From: an uncultured bacterium | Lineage (GTDB): Bacteria > Zixibacteria > MSB-5A5 > CAIYYT01 | DNA length: 64,000 bases | Direction: 5' to 3' | Assembly: GCA_963726455.1 (NCBI GenBank) | Contig: CAVSCK010000002.1 | Location: 32,001 to 96,000, forward strand | Part shown: one piece after another, positions 58,371 to 64,000 of the stretch | Layout of the letters: each line of letters begins with the position of its first letter | How positions within the stretch are numbered: the stretch's first letter is position 1 | Translations under genes and position numbers: made by a program | Notes under the pieces: model-generated | What the model was told of the DNA's origin: nothing | The model's input: the letters and a program-made list of their open reading frames with translations, nothing else | Databases searched by the model: none

Positions 58371-59840
58371 TTATGCTTCTTCAAGCAGGTAGCGAGCGAC
58401 GTTAACGCGAACTTCCTGGGGTTCAACCACTCGAACGATGGAGCGACGGAAGTCGCCGGTGCGGGGATCACGTTCGGCCAGATTAAGGTCAATGCCACGT
58501 TCATAAAACTTGCGCGTGTCGCCGATCACTTTCACCTTGGGCCGTAACAAATCAGTGTTGTTCTTGCCAACGACCAGCGCCAGCTCATCCTGATCCAGCA
58601 GCAGCAACGTTCCGGGAGGATACAGTGATACCGTGTTCAGGAACACTTTCAGCAAATGCGGGTCGAATTTGAATTCTGCCTGAAGGACCATACTGCGCAG
58701 TACCTGCTCGGGAGAAGCCGGAATCTTGCGGTAAACGCGCCCGGAGGTCATCGCATCAAAGACATCGCAAATGGTCACGATCTTGCTATAAAGATTCGGA
58801 ACCCTTTGGCGCTTCAGCACAGGGTAGCCGGAACCGTTCAGGTTGTAATGATGCTGGGAGGTAACGATCATGGCGCGACAACTGCGTTCTTCAAAGGGAA
58901 GAGTTTTGGCAAGTGTGAGCACTCCGTAGGTCGGGTGCATACGCATCATTTCCCAATCACTATCATCAAATTTGGTAGGTTTGTTGAGAACCTGCAGCGG
59001 CAGGCGGGTTTTGCCGATGTCGTGGAACAGCGCCGAAAAGCCGAGGGTCGACAGTTCGGTCTTGCTCAAATCCAGTTTTGCGCCTACGCAGATGGCATAG
59101 ATGCAGACATTCGTGCTATGCAGAAATGTATACTGATCGTGAGTCTTGAGCGCGGTCAATTCCAGAAGATAGCTGTCATCGGCACTGATCTGGTCGACCA
59201 ATGAATGAACGACGCGCTTGGTGCGTGCAAGATCGACAGGCCGATTGGCGGTCATGGTATTGGCGACCATTTTGAGATTGGTCATGGCGTAGAAAAACGT
59301 CTTTCTCGCAAACTGGCGCTTTTCCCGTTCCTTGTCCTTGTCGAGTTGATCCTCGTCAGTAAGCGGCAGCAGCTCAATCGTAGCGACACCCGCAAGATCG
59401 AAGCGGCGCTGAATTTCTTCGAAACTCATCTGCGTCTGGCGCTCAGCTTCATTGAGAAGCAACACGGCTTGTTCGAGTTCGGACTTTGTGACTTCCGAGG
59501 TAGTCAGGAAGCCGGAGATTCCGACCGCGCTGAATAGTTCGCGTAAATGGTCGGGTGCGGACAAGCCGTCGGCGTCATAGCGAACTCTGACGCCGCAGAA
59601 GAAGAAGTAGCCGGTGTGCACTTGAATGCTGGCCTCGTTGAATTCGTCCAAACAGCTCCGAACGATGGCATAGCACTGTTCAAGTTGAGTCTTGAAGGTG
59701 TCGTTGTCTGGGAAGTGAACGCGAGCCGTCTTCAGGAAGATACTCAACTGATTGACCAGCGCTTTGCCGCGCTGCGAATAGGCCGCTTCCTCGGAGGCTG
59801 TCATTTGCCGCGAGGTGAGACTGTCATTCTGACTCGCCAT
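58371..59840 (-). CDS. HD-GYP domain phosphohydrolase
   Basis: HSTNV, FHDIGK, LNKP, HPTYG, HHYNLNGSGYP, DVFDAMTS. Confidence 0.9.
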   Translation of the reverse strand: MASQNDSLTSRQMTASEEAAYSQRGKALVNQLSIFLKTARVHFPDNDTFKTQLEQCYAIVRSCLDEFNEASIQVHTGYFFFCGVRVRYDADGLSAPDHLRELFSAVGISGFLTTSEVTKSELEQAVLLLNEAERQTQMSFEEIQRRFDLAGVATIELLPLTDEDQLDKDKEREKRQFARKTFFYAMTNLKMVANTMTANRPVDLARTKRVVHSLVDQISADDSYLLELTALKTHDQYTFLHSTNVCIYAICVGAKLDLSKTELSTLGFSALFHDIGKTRLPLQVLNKPTKFDDSDWEMMRMHPTYGVLTLAKTLPFEERSCRAMIVTSQHHYNLNGSGYPVLKRQRVPNLYSKIVTICDVFDAMTSGRVYRKIPASPEQVLRSMVLQAEFKFDPHLLKVFLNTVSLYPPGTLLLLDQDELALVVGKNNTDLLRPKVKVIGDTRKFYERGIDLNLAERDPRTGDFRRSIVRVVEPQEVRVNVARYLLEEA

Positions 59841-61581
59841 CAGTGCCGCCTTTCCGCCATCTTTCTCTCAGAGCCAGGATTTTGCTCGCAATTGAGCTAT
59901 ATCGCGATCTGGTATTCTCAGCGAGTTCTGCCAGAAGTTCATCCGCCTCCGTAGTTGGCGAACGTTTAAGCGCGTTTAGAGCTGTATCCTGCAACATGCG
60001 AATCGGGCCGCGATTAAAGAGCCGGTTGCGGCTGAGAATGTCTCTGACCATAAGGACTGCTCTCGGTCCACCTGCTACAACCATTGCTTCGACAATCTTG
60101 CGCATCTCTTCGGGAGGAGCATCCAGGAATTCGCGAGTGTTGATGATTTTCGATAGTCCTTCATAGGCATCGTCCGAACGGCTGCCGCCGAGGGCATCGG
60201 CCGCAGCGATGCGAATCTGTTGCGAGTCATCCTCCAACAGCGCCAGCAGAAGCTCAGTCTTCCCGGGATCGGTTATCTTGGCGAGCGCCTTGACGACTTC
60301 CCCTCTGATGCGAACATCGGAGTGGGCGGCTACGCGCCGCAGAAAGCTGAGTGCCCGCGGATGTCCGGTTTCACCCAATACCCAGACCACGTTACGGACC
60401 AGGTACCAGCGGCTGTCAAATACAGCGCTGCCCAACAGGTCGATTCTATCCAAACCTTTCTCGGCAAGTAAATCACAAACCATCTTCCGTGCCGGGAAGA
60501 ATGTCAATTCTCCCAACATCCAGAGGAGATTGTTGAATGATTCCCAACCCAGACTTTCCAGATACTGGCGGGCCGGCTCAAGATCCTGGTCTTCATGTTG
60601 ATTGAGTGCTTCGGTGATCATTTTGATGCGCAAGCTGTCGCCGCATCGAGAGACAAATTCGCCCAGTCGTTTTCCCGAACCTGATTCTTCCCGTGGTCCC
60701 GTCTTGATCAGTTCCTTGACCTGGTTCAGAATGTGATTCATGGTGGTGAAGTTAGCCTCTTGAATCGTCTTGTCGAAGATCGACTGTAACGCATCGTAGG
60801 TCATCGCCAGGTCCTGTGGCGACGTAGTCGACTCACAGAGAAGCAGGAGAAGTTCAATTGCTTGTTCCTTGATATTCAATTTGCGATCGTCATCCACCAT
60901 CTTGCGCAGGGCGACCAGTTCATCCCGCGAGAAACTGGCCACGTCAGAGTAACGATCGATCAGCATGTCGGACAATGTAGGAAGCTGCTCCTGGATGTCG
61001 GGAGGTAACACCTCAACGGTCTGAGGCACTGTTCGCGTCGAGTCAAATTCTTCGCGCAGTTCATGGACCTCTGCCACTTCGAAAACATCAACAACATCGT
61101 AGGTGATGTGTTCGAAGCCGGCCTGCCAGAACAGGTTCACGATGTCTTCGGCGTTTTCGTCACGGCCCGAACAGGCGACCAACGCTCCAAAGAATGCCGA
61201 CGCTTCCTCCTCCGTTACGAAGGGAGTGATTTCCAGAAAGCGAATGCCGTCGCGGTGCAGCAACTGGGCAATGTTGTCCGATGCAACCGCGCCTTTGAGC
61301 ACAACCTCTTCCTCAACGAGAAGTGAATCCTGAGTGACCGTGACCCCCAGAGCTTCACCGCCCTCGAAGACGTTCTTAAGTTTCTCGAAAAATTGTGACC
61401 TGAATTGGGTGGCAATGGGATGCTCAGGAGGATATTGCCGGGATGCTTTAATCCCCTTGGTCAGACTCTGGAACAAATCCTTGAGAGCAGCCTGCTCTCC
61501 CGGACTGTACCCCACGCCGTTATGTTGAGTGACTAATCGTTCTACCATGTTAGCTAATATGCCTATTCTATTGATCGTCAA
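59824..61581 (-). CDS. HEAT-repeat protein (start may be 61548)
   Basis: RWYLVRNVVWVLG; DVRIRGEVVKALA; QQIRIAAADALG; overlaps the HD-GYP start. Confidence 0.85.
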   Translation of the reverse strand: MTINRIGILANMVERLVTQHNGVGYSPGEQAALKDLFQSLTKGIKASRQYPPEHPIATQFRSQFFEKLKNVFEGGEALGVTVTQDSLLVEEEVVLKGAVASDNIAQLLHRDGIRFLEITPFVTEEEASAFFGALVACSGRDENAEDIVNLFWQAGFEHITYDVVDVFEVAEVHELREEFDSTRTVPQTVEVLPPDIQEQLPTLSDMLIDRYSDVASFSRDELVALRKMVDDDRKLNIKEQAIELLLLLCESTTSPQDLAMTYDALQSIFDKTIQEANFTTMNHILNQVKELIKTGPREESGSGKRLGEFVSRCGDSLRIKMITEALNQHEDQDLEPARQYLESLGWESFNNLLWMLGELTFFPARKMVCDLLAEKGLDRIDLLGSAVFDSRWYLVRNVVWVLGETGHPRALSFLRRVAAHSDVRIRGEVVKALAKITDPGKTELLLALLEDDSQQIRIAAADALGGSRSDDAYEGLSKIINTREFLDAPPEEMRKIVEAMVVAGGPRAVLMVRDILSRNRLFNRGPIRMLQDTALNALKRSPTTEADELLAELAENTRSRYSSIASKILALRERWRKGGTDGESE

Positions 61582-61664
61582 CTAGATAGGAAGACTTTAG
61601 GATGCGTCGAAAATCTTGACAGATGTCGTCGTAATTGTTGAAAGCGCGATATCTGCAGGCTGAG

Positions 61665-62576
61665 TTACTTCTTCAGAACGGCGGCAAGCCGGCCGTCGGC
61701 GCTGGCAAGTAAATGTTTCGCTTTGGAATAGTCCACTGCAAGCAATTGCATAGCGATGGCAGTCTTGACCTCACCGCGTGAATTGGTGAGCAACTTTGTG
61801 GCTTGTCGGTAGGAGATTCCGGTAGTCTCCACTAGAATTCTTTTCGAACGCTCGGCAAGTTTCGCTGATGTCGCCCGCAAATCGACCATAAGATTGCCGT
61901 AGCACTTGCCCATCTGCACCATCGATGCGGTAGTTATCATATTCAAAATAAGTCTGCAGGCAGTGCCCGCCTTCATCCGTGTTGAACCGGTCAATACCTC
62001 CGGCCCGACAACTGGGTTAATCACGAGGTCAATATATCGCGGAACGGTTGGGATATTATTGCAGGCCAGAAAGATGGTTGCCGCTCGACATTCTTTCGCG
62101 CGTTTGAGAACAGCGAGCGGATAAGGTGTTCTGCCGGATGCAGCTATGCCGATCACGGTATCTCTCGAATTCGGTTTCAATTTGTCGAGATCGCGCTTGC
62201 CGGCGGATACGTCATCTTCTACGCCCTCCCGTGATCTCACCAGAGTTCGTCGTCCACCGGCGATGACGGCCTGAACCATGCGCGGGGAAACTCCGAATGT
62301 CGGCGGGCACTCGGCAGCATCGAGCACGCCCAGCCGCCCGGACGTTCCAGCACCGGCATAGATCAGTCGGCCACCTGTGCGAAATGAATTTGTCACGAGT
62401 TCCACGGAACGGGCAATTTGTGGAATCACACTAGCGACGGCGGCAGGTACTCGGCTGTCCTCGGAATTTATCAGCTTGAGAGCTTCGACAACTTGCAGGC
62501 GGTCCAGCCGGGCCGAACGCGGATTGCGCGTTTCCGTGGTCAGCGTCTTGAGATGTTCGTAGAGCCTTCTGCTCAT
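61665..62576 (-). CDS. murQ: N-acetylmuramic acid 6-phosphate etherase
   Basis: LTTETRNP, GAGTSGRLGVLDAAECPPTFG, GIAASGRTPY, GPEVLTGSTRMKAGTA. Confidence 0.96.
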   Translation of the reverse strand: MSRRLYEHLKTLTTETRNPRSARLDRLQVVEALKLINSEDSRVPAAVASVIPQIARSVELVTNSFRTGGRLIYAGAGTSGRLGVLDAAECPPTFGVSPRMVQAVIAGGRRTLVRSREGVEDDVSAGKRDLDKLKPNSRDTVIGIAASGRTPYPLAVLKRAKECRAATIFLACNNIPTVPRYIDLVINPVVGPEVLTGSTRMKAGTACRLILNMITTASMVQMGKCYGNLMVDLRATSAKLAERSKRILVETTGISYRQATKLLTNSRGEVKTAIAMQLLAVDYSKAKHLLASADGRLAAVLKK

Positions 62577-63403
62577 CAGGGCGTCGCAACTGCGGTCAGC
62601 AAAATCATGCTCGAGATAGACAGCGCGCCAATTTGTCCGGTGACTCCGGTACGATTGACGTTGCGCGCAAATCCTGTCGGCAGGGTAAATGGCAATACGC
62701 TGTTGTCGATCGGTTCGTCATGATAGGCGGCGATCCAAACATCATAATCGCCGGCCTGGAACTGCCCCTGGGTATCGCGGAATTTCTCGCGTGGAATAAG
62801 TGTCGAGAGATACGGCGGATCAGAAATGTAGTCAGCCCCGACAAGAATCTTGCTATAGCCGATCGCGTGATTGTTGCTACTAACTGGAGTGACAACAATT
62901 AGGTACCCATCGGCGAACGCGGCGGGATTCCACCGAATCTGGACATTGTCTGTAGTCGAGCGAACTACGCCACCTGTCAAACCGATGACTGTCGCGGAAA
63001 AAGTATCGGGCACCGAAGTCTGAAAACTGAATTGGAACTCATCGACCAGCGATCTGACCTTGAGCATCGAGGTGTCTCGCAACGCGCTGGGGGAAAACGA
63101 CTGGCGGAAGGTGCCGTCTCCGACGCCGCCAAGCGAAATAGACGGCGCACTGTCGGCAGTGGGCGCTTCGATCGTCACAAGCGCTGCGGTCAACGCCTGG
63201 TTATTGCGAACGAGCGACGCAAAACCGCTGGCCTGGGACACATTAGCGTCACGCACGATCAATCCGTCGATTACCCAGTTATTGGTGACGGTTCCTTTTG
63301 TGCCGGTATCGCCGCACGAAACCAGCGTGAACATCGTTACCAGTAACAAAACTATTGCCGGTAGCGCATGATCACGCATCAGGTGTTGGCATATCTTCTT
63401 CAT
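62576..63403 (-). CDS. Hypothetical lipoprotein
   Basis: Lipobox LVS-C; beta-rich; stop overlaps the murQ start. Confidence 0.7.
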   Translation of the reverse strand: MKKICQHLMRDHALPAIVLLLVTMFTLVSCGDTGTKGTVTNNWVIDGLIVRDANVSQASGFASLVRNNQALTAALVTIEAPTADSAPSISLGGVGDGTFRQSFSPSALRDTSMLKVRSLVDEFQFSFQTSVPDTFSATVIGLTGGVVRSTTDNVQIRWNPAAFADGYLIVVTPVSSNNHAIGYSKILVGADYISDPPYLSTLIPREKFRDTQGQFQAGDYDVWIAAYHDEPIDNSVLPFTLPTGFARNVNRTGVTGQIGALSISSMILLTAVATP

Positions 63404-63512
63404 ACGAATCCCTCTATTTGTTATTGTCAAATATGTCGCATACTGACGGGGTATTCACGTTCCCCAATTATATATCGCCATCGAAGACGTTTAGTTCAAC
63501 ATAAAACCATGG

Positions 63513-64000
63513 CTAGGGCACTTTGACGCCATCGATGATCGCGCTGTCGAGATATCGCATGTCGGCAGGATCGTCAAGTTGAACAAGGCCGATACCGCGC
63601 GCATAATATTCGTTGTATACATCGGTTGATGTGTCGGGAGCCCCGGTATGATAGTAGACCGATGTCTTGATTTCGTAATGCAGTTGTATGCAGCTATCGG
63701 TCATTGCGTCGGCGACACTCTTGCTGAGGTAACCTTTGAATGTGACAGTGCCCTTGAATCGCGCCGAGTCTACCGAACTGGTATAGCCGGGAACGATTCT
63801 TCCCAGAGCGGACGTTTGATACGGTTTGTCCTTTTCCAGATCGAGAGGGATTTGCAGCGGAGGATCAAACCAGAGGAATCCCCCCAAAAGATGCTGGGCG
63901 AACCGGGCCGAGGTGAGAGTCCAGGCCTCTTCCGTTTGACCGTTTTGGAGCAGGCGGTTACATAGCGTTCCGGAGATTGTCGTGTCACCGGTCAAAATTC
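63513..64000 (-). CDS. Hypothetical secreted/lipoprotein, 5'-partial
   Basis: Open to the window edge; C-terminal EYYARGIGLV motif typical of beta-sheet lipoproteins. Confidence 0.65.
   Translation of the reverse strand, partial: ILTGDTTISGTLCNRLLQNGQTEEAWTLTSARFAQHLLGGFLWFDPPLQIPLDLEKDKPYQTSALGRIVPGYTSSVDSARFKGTVTFKGYLSKSVADAMTDSCIQLHYEIKTSVYYHTGAPDTSTDVYNEYYARGIGLVQLDDPADMRYLDSAIIDGVKVP

Overview
A ~55% GC bacterial chromosomal segment, most likely from an FCB-group diderm such as candidate phylum Zixibacteria (inferred from Cys-flanked dockerin tails, T9SS-type C-terminal domains and a PorV-family gene). Positions 1-11.7 kb are a surface-protein island: a TPR protein, an S74-chaperone fibre plus a small dockerin adaptor, propeller-dockerin and propeller-CTD proteins, and an FN3 lipoprotein. 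Three of its transcription units, and a fourth small ORF, share an exactly spaced upstream motif, TGTCAC-N17-CACAAT (ECF-sigma-like promoter). Positions 11.7-29.5 kb hold accessory metabolic and regulatory genes (radical SAM, NarL-type regulator, GT2/deacetylase, MATE, spoVG, a giant REC-PAS-GAF-LuxR protein, DUF1028-dockerin, DUF899). Positions 29.7-35.2 kb are the best candidate for a new system: a Ser/Thr kinase-TPR-GAF-sigma54 activator, then two palindromic enhancer sites, a -24/-12 promoter, an 80-aa secreted peptide and an HTH/degenerate-WYL regulator. The remainder carries ricT-metG-tatD-rsmA with outer-membrane genes, a TonB receptor, a binding-protein/two-component cluster, a TonB receptor + CTD protein + PorV triad, a HEAT/HD-GYP pair and murQ. 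At least seven single-base frameshifts suggest read or assembly error. No rRNA, tRNA, CRISPR array or transposase was recognised.
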